From: Minisyncoccia bacterium
GTDB lineage: Bacteria; Patescibacteriota; Minisyncoccia; Phycocordibacterales; PALSA-1337
DNA: 64,000 nt
Reading direction: 5' to 3'
NCBI GenBank assembly: GCA_044228445.1
Contig: JBGAUV010000001.1
Location: 143,827 to 207,826, forward strand
Below the pieces are notes generated by a model. That model ran no database searches and was not told where the DNA came from. It worked only from the letters and a program-made list of their open reading frames with translations. Below are positions 1 to 8,877 of this stretch, piece by piece. Each line of letters begins with the position of its first letter. The stretch's first letter is position 1. A program made the translations under genes and the position numbers.

Positions 1-318
1 ATACATGTAAATGATCCAGGAAAAGTGGAGGGTAATGTTGTTTTTACTTATTTAGATATATTTGATACTGATAAGGCAGAAGTTGCAAATTTAAAACAAC
101 AATATAAAAAAGGAGGACTAGGTGATGTTGCTATTAAAAATAGATTAATAGAAGTTTTGGAAAAAATAATTGCTCCAATTAGAAGTAAAAGACTTGAACT
201 AGAAAAGAATCCTGAAAAGATAATGGAAATATTGAAGCAAGGAAATGAAAAGGCTAGAGAAATAGCAAAACAAACTATGGATAAAGTTAAAAAGGGTGTC
301 AGAATTGACTATTTCTAG
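1..318 (+). CDS. trpS: Tryptophan--tRNA ligase, C-terminal fragment (5' end outside window)
   Basis: ORF open to the window start; translation ...KKGGLGDVAIKNRLIEVLEKIIAPIRSKRLEL... resembles the TrpRS C-terminal anticodon-binding region. Confidence 0.7.
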   Translation: MHVNDPGKVEGNVVFTYLDIFDTDKAEVANLKQQYKKGGLGDVAIKNRLIEVLEKIIAPIRSKRLELEKNPEKIMEILKQGNEKAREIAKQTMDKVKKGVRIDYF

Positions 319-376
319 ATTTTAACGTACTCTCTTTTTTAGGTTAGTAAACGAAACTTCAGAATAAGGAGGTAGT

Positions 377-946
377 GTGAGTGTTATAACCAGATATTTT
401 CTTGCAATCCAAACGTACGGCCGGGTGAATAGTGATCCGAATAATAGTGGGTCAAATGGAACTAAAGCAAGAATTGATTATGCAGTGAATCTCATTCGGT
501 TGGGGATCATTCCTCATCAAAACTTAATAGCAATTTTCCCTCAAGGATATAGTAAGAGAAATCCCAGAAAAGATAATGGCAATGAAAGTCTGGGACGAAA
601 TGCTAGCAGATACTTTTCTGAAGTATCTAGAGGTTTAAATATTTCGATACTGAATGAACCTCTTACTTGGGGCACAGACAGAGATGTTGAAATGACTATG
701 TTTCAGGTGGGAATGTATCTTAATGATATCAATCAAAACGCAATTGGTTGTGTACATTTTGTATCAGACCCATGTCATATTCAAAGGGTAATGATTTGTG
801 CTTGCGCAAATAGTTCCTTTAATACCAGACTGGTCTTTCACTCCGCTACTTCTCATAGACTGCCGAATTTTCAAAGGTTTGTGAGAGAACCTGTAGCGAG
901 GTTATATGCTCGATTTATCTTCAGAGGGATGACTAGATTTACTTGA
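377..946 (+). CDS. Hypothetical protein, tentatively DUF218/YdcF-like
   Basis: GTG start preceded by aggagg; weak resemblance to DUF218 motifs (DPCHIQRV vs the DPtmqRa-type motif); low certainty. Confidence 0.3.
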   Translation: MSVITRYFLAIQTYGRVNSDPNNSGSNGTKARIDYAVNLIRLGIIPHQNLIAIFPQGYSKRNPRKDNGNESLGRNASRYFSEVSRGLNISILNEPLTWGTDRDVEMTMFQVGMYLNDINQNAIGCVHFVSDPCHIQRVMICACANSSFNTRLVFHSATSHRLPNFQRFVREPVARLYARFIFRGMTRFT

Positions 947-971
947 GAATTTAGTAGTGATCCCAGTTACA

Positions 972-1012
972 AAAGACCGCCAGCACGATGTGCTTTGGCG
1001 GTTTTTCTTTTT
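972..1012 (+). terminator. Rho-independent terminator (copy 1 of a repeated element)
   Basis: aaagACCGCCAgcacgatgtgctTTGGCGGTttttcttttt; GC stem plus T-run; near-identical copy at 2995..3039. Confidence 0.6.
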
Positions 1013-1117
1013 AATAAATTTAATATTTTTACTTGATATAAATAATTTATTGTGTTATAATTTTGTTGGCTTTTGAAATTTAAAAAAACAACAAAACAAC
1101 GTTAAAGAGGAGGAAGT

Positions 1118-2983
1118 TTGAAAAAAATCAAAGAAACAGCGAAAACAATATTTTTCGCAGCTAAGTACTCGTTTTCTTTTTGCTATCGGAATTGCAAAAC
1201 GGAAACATTGTTACGAATAAATCTAGTATTGTTCGGAACATTCATGTCTTATTTGACCATATATTCGGTTGGATATATCGTAAATACAGTACAAAAAGTA
1301 CTGTTAAATAAGACAAAGTTTGATTCACTCACTGAATTTTTATTTGGTGATATGAATAAACCTTTAACTTTTCTAGTGGTATTACCTTTTGTGGGTGTAT
1401 TACTAGGAAGATTAAATTGGTTTTTTAGGTCGAGATGGAATCAAAAACTTCGGTTTGCAAATAGTAGAGAGGTTAATGATCATCGAGCTAAACTCGATAT
1501 AGCAACAATTAAGAGTAAGAAGTTTGATGATCTTACTAGGAGAATCACTGAACTACCTGATTCTTGGCAAACAAGAATTTTGTTTTCTGAAGAGATGTTC
1601 AGTTTGTTAGGAACAATAATCTCTTTTGTCTTGTTCGGAACTTCATTAATTTGGTATAAGCCAGTGTACGCACTAATTCTTTTTCTCACAGCCTTACCTA
1701 TGGCTATAGCTGAGGTTAAGTATGTGAGTATGTGGTGGATTTTATTCCAAGAACTGGTACCGATTAACAAACAGAGAAGTGTACTTGAAAAAGCGTTTGG
1801 AGGACAAACTGCTTTTGTTCAAGGAAAGATGTTCGGTCAGCACAAAACCTTGAGAGATTGTATTGATAAAAATATCTCTGATGTGATTGGAAGGAATGAT
1901 AGGATTAGAAAGATAGGAATGATTAGGGAATTCATTACTTTCACTATATCTCAAATGGGGTTTTGTGCAGTAATAATTCATGCAATTTGGTACATTGTTA
2001 ATAATGGCGGTGAAGTCGGAACATTAACAGTTATTATTGCATCAGCTAGGACTTTTCAAGGAAACTTGGAGTCAATTGTATCTCTTATTGCTGATCAATG
2101 GAATTCAGCAAAGGGAGTTAATCTCATAGAAGAAGAATTTTTTGCAACAAAATCGTCCATCAGCACACCTTATCCAGTTGTGCCGAGGTTTGATATTGTT
2201 CCTAAGATTACTTTTAAAAATGTTGGTTTTACTTACCCAGAAGGTAAAAAACAAGTACTTACGAATCTAGACTTTACCATAAATCCAGGTGAGAAAGTTG
2301 CAATTGTAGGAGATAGTGGAAATGGTAAGTCTACATTAATGGCTCTACTACTTAGACAATACGATCCAACTGTAGGAAGGATTGATATTGAAGGTGTAGA
2401 TTTGAGAAATATTGAGCCTGATGTTTGGTGTAAACTAATATCAGGTTTAACGCAAGAGTATGCCATTCTACAAAGACCTATCGGTGAAGAAATTGCTTCA
2501 TCAAGGCTTGATGCTGATTATGATGAAGAGCGTGTTCGTAAATCGGCTGAATTCGCATGTTTTCTTGGTGTTGTTAATTCTGATCCGAAGGGTTTCAGAT
2601 TACAGATAGGAACAGAATTTGGTGGTAAAGATTTCTCTGGTGGCGAAACCCAGAGACTCGCTCTTGCTAGGGTGTTTTATCGGAATACTCCTATACTCAC
2701 ATTGGATGAACCTGATGCTAGACTTGATCCTGAATCTGCAAATGAAGTAATGGAAAATATATTTGCAATCCAGGGCAAAACTATCATTATCATAACTCAT
2801 CACGTATCACGCGCTTTGCGTTGTGATAAGGTGATAGTCATGAAAAATGGTAGGGTGGTTGAAATAGGTGCTCCAGGTGAACTCAGAGACAAGCAAGGTT
2901 TTTTCTCAAGAATGCTTGTTGCTGATATGAAACGTCAGGGGAAAGATAAATCTCCTGAATCAGATACTGCAGGATCTGAATAA
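1118..2983 (+). CDS. ABC transporter, fused permease/ATP-binding protein (peptide/bacteriocin-type exporter family, no peptidase domain)
   Basis: TTG start after agaggaggaag RBS; N-terminal multi-TM region; Walker A GDSGNGKST; ABC signature FSGGETQRLALARV; Walker B ILTLDEPDARLD. Confidence 0.9.
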   Translation: MKKIKETAKTIFFAAKYSFSFCYRNCKTETLLRINLVLFGTFMSYLTIYSVGYIVNTVQKVLLNKTKFDSLTEFLFGDMNKPLTFLVVLPFVGVLLGRLNWFFRSRWNQKLRFANSREVNDHRAKLDIATIKSKKFDDLTRRITELPDSWQTRILFSEEMFSLLGTIISFVLFGTSLIWYKPVYALILFLTALPMAIAEVKYVSMWWILFQELVPINKQRSVLEKAFGGQTAFVQGKMFGQHKTLRDCIDKNISDVIGRNDRIRKIGMIREFITFTISQMGFCAVIIHAIWYIVNNGGEVGTLTVIIASARTFQGNLESIVSLIADQWNSAKGVNLIEEEFFATKSSISTPYPVVPRFDIVPKITFKNVGFTYPEGKKQVLTNLDFTINPGEKVAIVGDSGNGKSTLMALLLRQYDPTVGRIDIEGVDLRNIEPDVWCKLISGLTQEYAILQRPIGEEIASSRLDADYDEERVRKSAEFACFLGVVNSDPKGFRLQIGTEFGGKDFSGGETQRLALARVFYRNTPILTLDEPDARLDPESANEVMENIFAIQGKTIIIITHHVSRALRCDKVIVMKNGRVVEIGAPGELRDKQGFFSRMLVADMKRQGKDKSPESDTAGSE

Positions 2984-2994
2984 TAATCCTCAAA

Positions 2995-3039
2995 CAAAAA
3001 GACCGCCAGCACAATGTGCTTTGGCGGTTTTTCTTTTTA
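2995..3039 (+). terminator. Rho-independent terminator (copy 2; one mismatch versus 972..1012)
   Basis: aaagACCGCCAgcacaatgtgctTTGGCGGTttttcttttt immediately 3' of the ABC exporter. Confidence 0.6.
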
Positions 3040-3042
3040 TTT

Positions 3043-3087
3043 TGTGCGCCTAGTTGGAATCGAACCAACGACCCACTCCTTAAAAGG
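3043..3087. repeat. attR-like 45-bp direct repeat, identical to the 3' portion of tRNA-Lys at 14087..14131
   Basis: tgtgcgcctagttggaatcgaaccaacgacccactccttaaaagg matches the tRNA-Lys gene from the acceptor 3' end through the anticodon stem; sequence diverges right after. Confidence 0.85.
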
Positions 3088-3266
3088 AAACAGCAATAGC
3101 TGTTTTCTTAGGAAACGCTTATATTATCTTGCTTAAATTAACTTTCGGTTGAAAAAGAGCGGACCTTTGAACGACCTGTTTTCCAAATTTATAAACTTTA
3201 GAAAACTATTCGTTTTTAGACTAATTAACTTGTAAAATGTCCGACTGACGTAGACATTATACCAAG

Positions 3267-4199
3267 CTATCCAAATGATAGCTTGTCTATATCTTCTCCC
3301 ATGGATTCAGTTCTCATGGAACGAATGTATTTCATTGTCATTAAAATACTGGTATGACCCAACAGTTTTTGTATCTTGAAGGCGCTTACATTGTTCTCGT
3401 CGAGTTTGCAGGCAAAAGTATGTCGAAACATGTGGAGGTGTAGTTTGACCCCCGACTTTTTTATAAGAGCATTTGTCCAGTGTTTTAAACCTTGACGGCT
3501 CAATCCCTTGTCTCCTTTGTTGGAGGCTATCAAACATTCCGTTCGTAAGCCGAGCGCCTCCCTTGCTTCAAAGTACTCCTGTATGTGTAAGAGTAGAGTG
3601 GGGTGAATTTTGAGCTTCCTAGTAATCTTGGATTTCGAGGTTTCTCCTCTTATCGTCATGACAGCTCTATCCTTGTTAAAATCAGAAACACGTAGAGATA
3701 TAAATTCACCCTTTCTTATTCCCAGAAATAATAAAAGACTCACCATCATAGTATCCCGTCGCCGGATAAATGAGTTACTCGATTTTAGTACGATTGCGCT
3801 ATAAATTTTTTGAATATCAGAATCTTCTATTTTTCGAAAATCATCATACTTTACGCTAGGTGGTCTTATGTCATTTAAAGGATTAACAGATATACAACCT
3901 TTTTTCTCTAGCCAATTAAAAAATACATTCAATTTACTCCACTGCGTTTTAATAGTTGAGTTCTTTACTCCTTTCTTTATTTTATTTTTTCCGACTATTC
4001 TCGTTCGAGTCTGGATTCGTTTGAAAAACTCTATAAGCATTTCGGTGCTTAAAAACTTAAGTGTAGAAATTTCTGGCATTATTTTTAAAAAGAGATTGAA
4101 TACAGCTCTATAACCCCTGAGCGTTTCAGGGCTTAGTCGTGTAGAGTATTGCATTACATCCTCAAACTCATTAAAGAGTTTTCGTAGATCATTCTCCAT
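3267..4199 (-). CDS. Tyrosine-type site-specific recombinase/integrase
   Basis: C-terminal catalytic region ...HLHMFRHTFACKL...LLGHTSILMTMKYIRS (R..H..R..Y); N-terminal SAM-like core-binding domain. Confidence 0.9.
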   Translation of the reverse strand: MENDLRKLFNEFEDVMQYSTRLSPETLRGYRAVFNLFLKIMPEISTLKFLSTEMLIEFFKRIQTRTRIVGKNKIKKGVKNSTIKTQWSKLNVFFNWLEKKGCISVNPLNDIRPPSVKYDDFRKIEDSDIQKIYSAIVLKSSNSFIRRRDTMMVSLLLFLGIRKGEFISLRVSDFNKDRAVMTIRGETSKSKITRKLKIHPTLLLHIQEYFEAREALGLRTECLIASNKGDKGLSRQGLKHWTNALIKKSGVKLHLHMFRHTFACKLDENNVSAFKIQKLLGHTSILMTMKYIRSMRTESMGEDIDKLSFG

Positions 4200-4705
4200 A
4201 ACAAATAGAAAAACTAGGTCGGGGCGGTTATTTAATTGTGCTTACCTAGTTAGAGAAACAGTGATGGTGAGAGATGGTGAGTGTGTGGCGTGCAATGATT
4301 GGGCAAACGACTATGATTATTTGTAATTATGGTCTATCTAATTTTTCCGTCAATTCTATTTTTAATTCGCATTCGCAGTTCTCGGCTTAACTAAGCGATC
4401 TTTTTAAAATCAACAATGTGGATAACCCTGTGGAGATTATAGTTTTTGAAGCCAAGAAACAAATTTTCCAATTGCAAGTAAAGGGATGACCTACGTCGAA
4501 TGGTCAATATTGTTTTTGACAGACTGCGTATCGCTCATTCATTGCAAGATAGCGCACCAACTAATTTTAACAAAATGCTTCAGTGGAATAATAAAGAAAT
4601 AAAGAAGTTCGTTATAATCTAATCCAGACTTTTTGAGATGCCGCTCGGTAATTTTTATGCTGACGAAAGGAAAAGGTTAGTAGCTATAAATCTACGACAA
4701 AATCT

Positions 4706-4745
4706 TACTTTTTTTCACGAAAAAAGCCGCCAAGCAGGGTTGCTG
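4706..4745 (-). terminator. Rho-independent terminator (minus strand) 3' of the tautomerase-like gene
   Basis: Minus-strand read GCCGCCtcgcagcaaccctgcttGGCGGCttttttcgtgaaaaaaa; marks the left edge of the GC-rich cassette. Confidence 0.55.
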
Positions 4746-4783
4746 CGAGGCGGCGTGATTTTGCGTTGATGAACATTGCGAGA

Positions 4784-5170
4784 CTACTTGAAGTCCTCGG
4801 TGGTCGGCTTGTGTCGCCGGCCCATTCGAGGGTTGGTCCAGAAGCCCTGCTTGGGATCGAAGGGGAACACGAAGCATTCGACCATTGCCTTCGGAAAGTG
4901 CTCCTTGAGCGTTTTCCCGAGGCGTTCGGCCAAACGATTGCGAACCTCTGCGGTCCGTTCCGGCTTTTTGAATAGGCCGGTCACTTCGATGATGATCTCG
5001 GTTCCAAGACCAAACTTCATCATGTCGGGCGGAAAGAGAACTGTCATCGAATGCTTGCCTTTTAGGCCAAGCTCGGGGACACCCTCAACGGCTTTGACGA
5101 TGCCTTCGAAGACCTGGTTGAGCTTACGCTCAGTGGACTTCGGAAGGCACCAAATTTTGATTATGGGCAT
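4784..5170 (-). CDS. Tautomerase-family protein (tandem 4-OT/MIF-like halves, Pro1)
   Basis: Begins MPIIKIW...; second half IIEVTGLFKKPERTAEVRNRLAERLGKTLKEHF resembles a 4-oxalocrotonate tautomerase unit; ~55% GC. Confidence 0.5.
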   Translation of the reverse strand: MPIIKIWCLPKSTERKLNQVFEGIVKAVEGVPELGLKGKHSMTVLFPPDMMKFGLGTEIIIEVTGLFKKPERTAEVRNRLAERLGKTLKEHFPKAMVECFVFPFDPKQGFWTNPRMGRRHKPTTEDFK

Positions 5171-5174
5171 GCGG

Positions 5175-6032
5175 TTATCCCTTTTCTTTTGTTGATGGTT
5201 GAGGTTTCTTTGCCAGCCACTGACTCAAGTACCACGCTCCGAAAAGCGAGATAGCAACGCCAGTCCACTGAACAAATGTGAGGTGTTCTCCGAGCATGAA
5301 GTATGCCCCGATGATGACCGCAGGAGTTTCCCCCTGAGCTAAGACACTGGCTTCAGTTATTCGAAGGTTCTCAAAGGCCAGCATGTTTGCTATCCAATAG
5401 AGAAAACCTCCGACGAACGCAAAGCCGAGAAGCAGAACTGTAAGCTTGGGAGTCATGGTGCTGATCAAGGGCGTATTAACGCTTAAGATCAGTCCAAGTG
5501 TTCCCATGCCAATCCCTGCAAAAAACCCTTTCTGCAAAGATGTAGTTTTCGCTTTTGCGAACAACTCGTACAGGACGCCGCTCATTACTGTTCCGAAAAC
5601 ACTCCAGACGAATCCTTCCCATTGGAAGAGTCCACCCTTGCGTGCAATCAGCACTCCGCCGAGCATAAGCACAAGGCCGATGATTGAAGCCTCTGAAATC
5701 TTTCGTCCCAGAAATAAACTGATGGCGAAATTAATAAGAGGTGTCGCGGTAATGATGATGATCGTGGGACCTGCGCCCCAATGCCGGATACCCTGGAAAA
5801 GTCCCAGCGTTGCAAATGGCAGCGTGATTGCGATCAGCCAGGTGTATTTGTCCACCTTGCCGATAACTCCACGGAGTCCAATGAATGCCGCGATGGTAGT
5901 CATGAATCCACGGAATATCATGAGTTGTTCCGGAGTGAACATGTGAAGGACGTTGACGAACGGGAGGGCGAGCCCTGCTGTAAGCCAAATCCCAACTACT
6001 CCGAAAAGACCGATAAAAGTCTTTGGTTTCAA
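5175..6032 (-). CDS. EamA/DMT-family transporter (10 TM, drug/metabolite exporter)
   Basis: Two internally repeated 5-TM halves with glycine-rich helices typical of EamA; GC-rich. Confidence 0.8.
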   Translation of the reverse strand: MKPKTFIGLFGVVGIWLTAGLALPFVNVLHMFTPEQLMIFRGFMTTIAAFIGLRGVIGKVDKYTWLIAITLPFATLGLFQGIRHWGAGPTIIIITATPLINFAISLFLGRKISEASIIGLVLMLGGVLIARKGGLFQWEGFVWSVFGTVMSGVLYELFAKAKTTSLQKGFFAGIGMGTLGLILSVNTPLISTMTPKLTVLLLGFAFVGGFLYWIANMLAFENLRITEASVLAQGETPAVIIGAYFMLGEHLTFVQWTGVAISLFGAWYLSQWLAKKPQPSTKEKG

Positions 6033-6182
6033 GGTGCACCCTCCTTTCTTGGTTAAGCTTTAAGTCAATGAACTGCTAACTCGACCAAAATACCATGGAT
6101 TATTGACTATGGCAAGTTTTTATGCTAGTTTAAGCACAGAATTTCTGAACGAAAAAACAATCAAAAACGAAAGGACTTTGTC

Positions 6183-8054
6183 ATGAAAAAACAGCATTGG
6201 ATCATCCCGCTTCTCTTGGTGGCATTCATCAGGGCGGAATTCACCACAGTCCAGGCCTACTCGGCTTGGGACCAGTCGCAGGTCACGTATGATGCCTCTC
6301 GGGGTGTTTACGTCGATCACTACAAAATCCCTTTGGACAATTTCATTGCAGCAGGTGCGGCCAGTAACCCTGACCAAGCCAAAGAAATCGCTGCAATGTA
6401 TAACGGTCCTCGGGACATTCCGGCGAAGCGAAAGCTCGTCGTGAAGTTTCGGACAGACGTGTTCCGTAAGGAAGAGAACTACGCATGCGCAAGTATGATG
6501 TTTCTCACCAAGCCTGTCTCGAAGCGTCGTCTCGTTCTCGTGAACGTCGAACAGACAATTAACGAGAATATCCCAACTGACGATCGTCAGTATCGGGCCT
6601 GGCCTCATCTCGGACTTCTCTTTGTGGGCACAGCTGCTCAAGAAGAAGGCTGGGAGGTAGTCATGTGGGACGAGCTCGTCAAAGGCTTCGCGCCGATGGA
6701 GCAGCTCGTTCAGCCAGGTGACGTTGTTGGTTTCAGTTGTGTTGTGACAGGAATGGAACGTAGCATTGAGTTGGCTCGGAAAGCAAAGGAACTTGATGCT
6801 CGGTATGTGATCGTGGGAAATGATTCCGCGATCTTCCGAGCAAACCAGATTCTAGCGCTGCCCGACAAGCCGGTTGATGTTGTGTTCACTTCGAATAGCC
6901 TCACGGCCATTCGGAGATTCTTCCGAGAGATTGAAAACGCAAATCTCGAATCGCTGCAAATTCCTGGTGTCCAAGTGACATTGGGGCAAGTGCCGCAATC
7001 GAATGAGCGTGATCGTCTCTTGGTGGATCTTTCCATTCGCAAGCGCGACAAAGCTGAAGGACGGTTTGAAAACGACGACGTGTTCGTTGTTCCGAAGCTC
7101 GATCTCTATCCGCACTGGAATGAGGTCTGGTCCAACTACCGCGCGACGTTCGGACACAAGCACAGTAATCCTGATACGGTGAAGAACGGCATGAGCCTCT
7201 TCGCCCAGGGTTGCACCCGAACTCGTGGAAGTGATGTTTGCAGCTACTGCACCATCTACGGCGTTGCGGACATCCGCATGCCACAGAGGGAATACCTTCG
7301 TCGGACCGCTGAGGCCTACAAAGCTTTCGGCATCGACATGGTGTTCAACGTAACTGACAGCGTCTACGAGATGGGCGGTGTGGCTAAAGCGCTCCAGGAG
7401 CTCGGTATTACCTGGAATGCAATGACCATCTACGGTCGATCGCAGGGAATAACTCAGAACCCAGGTCTTCTCGAACAATGGCAACGAGTCGCAACAGAGC
7501 GACTCCTCGTCAACGTTGGGATGGACTCGGGAGACGACAAACTTCTGCGAGAAGGAGTTGTGAAATCCTCGATCAACAGAAAGAGGACTCGCCTTGAGGA
7601 AAACCAAGAGGCGGTGCGACTCATCCGGCAAGCCGGTGCGCATCTTCACTACTCACTCATCTTCGGAACGCCCGGCGAGACATTGGAGACCTGCGAAAGC
7701 AGTATCCGGTTTCTCGAGTGGACGATTGCGACACTCGGTCACCAGTTGGACATCTGCGAAACAGACATCTACTGGCTTAACTTCGGGTCACCTGCAAGCA
7801 AGGTGTTCCATGACTATTCGGAAGCGCAGCGACTTGCTGCGATGGCCGGAAAGTCGATCTCCAGAGAGGAGTGGTACGAAAACTTCGCTCGTCACCAAGA
7901 GGCACTCGTCGTGCCCGAGGCGACGGAAGAAGCCTGGTACCGCCACTTCACGAAGATCGATCTTGCGACTGCGCAGGCTTATAACCAGCGTTGCGTCGAG
8001 ATCATGGCTCGCCATAACGGCAGCATTCGAGGTCGTGCGTACAAGCCGATCTAA
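6183..8054 (+). CDS. B12-binding-domain radical-SAM-like enzyme with atypical cysteine motif and a signal-peptide-like N-terminus
   Basis: PHLGLLFVGTAAQEEGWEVVMWDE...GFSCVVTGMERSIELARKAKELDARYVIVGNDSA resembles the cobalamin-binding domain of class B rSAMs; cysteine cluster is C-x8-C-x2-C (GCTRTRGSDVCSYC) instead of CxxxCxxC; N-terminus MKKQHWIIPLLLVAFIRAEFTTVQA/YS looks like a Sec signal; ~55% GC. Confidence 0.5.
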   Translation: MKKQHWIIPLLLVAFIRAEFTTVQAYSAWDQSQVTYDASRGVYVDHYKIPLDNFIAAGAASNPDQAKEIAAMYNGPRDIPAKRKLVVKFRTDVFRKEENYACASMMFLTKPVSKRRLVLVNVEQTINENIPTDDRQYRAWPHLGLLFVGTAAQEEGWEVVMWDELVKGFAPMEQLVQPGDVVGFSCVVTGMERSIELARKAKELDARYVIVGNDSAIFRANQILALPDKPVDVVFTSNSLTAIRRFFREIENANLESLQIPGVQVTLGQVPQSNERDRLLVDLSIRKRDKAEGRFENDDVFVVPKLDLYPHWNEVWSNYRATFGHKHSNPDTVKNGMSLFAQGCTRTRGSDVCSYCTIYGVADIRMPQREYLRRTAEAYKAFGIDMVFNVTDSVYEMGGVAKALQELGITWNAMTIYGRSQGITQNPGLLEQWQRVATERLLVNVGMDSGDDKLLREGVVKSSINRKRTRLEENQEAVRLIRQAGAHLHYSLIFGTPGETLETCESSIRFLEWTIATLGHQLDICETDIYWLNFGSPASKVFHDYSEAQRLAAMAGKSISREEWYENFARHQEALVVPEATEEAWYRHFTKIDLATAQAYNQRCVEIMARHNGSIRGRAYKPI

Positions 8055-8077
8055 TCCATCAGTTCTTTAACTCAAAC

Positions 8078-8117
8078 ACAGTACTCCGCGAGGTGATCCC
8101 TCTCGGAGTATTTTTTC
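8078..8117 (+). terminator. Rho-independent terminator 3' of the rSAM-like gene
   Basis: tACTCCGcgaggtgatccctctCGGAGTAttttttctt; marks the right edge of the GC-rich cassette. Confidence 0.6.
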
Positions 8118-8639
8118 TTAAGCTTGTCATGCACGGTGTGACTATACAGTCTCGGGGAAAGAAGTGGGTGAGAAACTCGATATTAATCTTAGTTTCTCCT
8201 TTACACCCGTCATATACTCCAGATCTGTGAAATGACCATAATCTATTTTCCTGTTTTCTTAACTTCGTAACCATTGTGAATGGCCACTTTAGTTGTTCCT
8301 CCAATACCCAACCATGTTCCGACTATCAGTATAGCTAGACCACCTACGATTGAGATCATAAGTTCGCTCATGTGCAGGATTATAGAGGAAAGGAAATACA
8401 AGGGTACTGGTAAATATGTAAAATACATTGTATTATTTTAGAACAATTAAATATAGAAGTAGCCTAACCCCCCAAGCAATTGGCGGCATGGCGAAGAAGT
8501 CCTATCGAGCACAGAAACCCGTCACGGGTCGCTTGATAGGCCGTATAGGGAAACTTATACGAGAGGCTTCGAGCCTCTACCGTGGCGGATTTCTGTTCAC
8601 GCCTCGGATTACAAGCCCTATCAAGCTAAAAATATCAAT

Positions 8640-8876
8640 ATGTTTGGAAAAGATTTTGTGTGCCTCAATTGTGGTACTGTGGGGAAGCGTAAGTTGCAGG
8701 TAAGGGGTAATTTAGTATTAGAAATACTGCTTTGGTTCTTCTTTCTTATTCCAGGTATTATTTATTCAATATGGCGCCACGCCTCTACTAAACAGATATG
8801 CAAAGCTTGTGGTAGTCTTAATATGGTTCCAGTCGATTCTCCGAAAGGACAAGAGGTGGTGAAGAAAAATAAATAA
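8640..8876 (+). CDS. Zinc-ribbon membrane protein (two CxxC pairs flanking one TM helix)
   Basis: CLNCG...TM(LVLEILLWFFFLIPGIIYSIW)...CKACGS; stop abuts the thermonuclease start. Confidence 0.4.
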   Translation: MFGKDFVCLNCGTVGKRKLQVRGNLVLEILLWFFFLIPGIIYSIWRHASTKQICKACGSLNMVPVDSPKGQEVVKKNK

Positions 8877-8877
8877 C

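Noticed and set aside
4417-4425. Perfect DnaA-box consensus (TGTGGATAA, reverse complement TTATCCACA) and a tandem gatggtgag repeat at 4264..4285 in the non-coding island segment
   Set aside because: Single box and only two 10-bp repeats; insufficient for an origin or iteron call.
5446-8070. Multiple long antisense/alternative-frame ORFs within the GC-rich cassette (5446..5946, 5731..6039, 6120..6641, 6852..7649, 6901..7284, 7594..8070)
   Set aside because: Compositional artefacts of ~55% GC sequence; they overlap much better-supported EamA and rSAM-like genes.
8428-8703. 91-aa ORF over the GC-rich structured element
   Set aside because: Sequence is dominated by nested perfect hairpins and has an odd composition; more plausibly RNA/DNA structure than protein.
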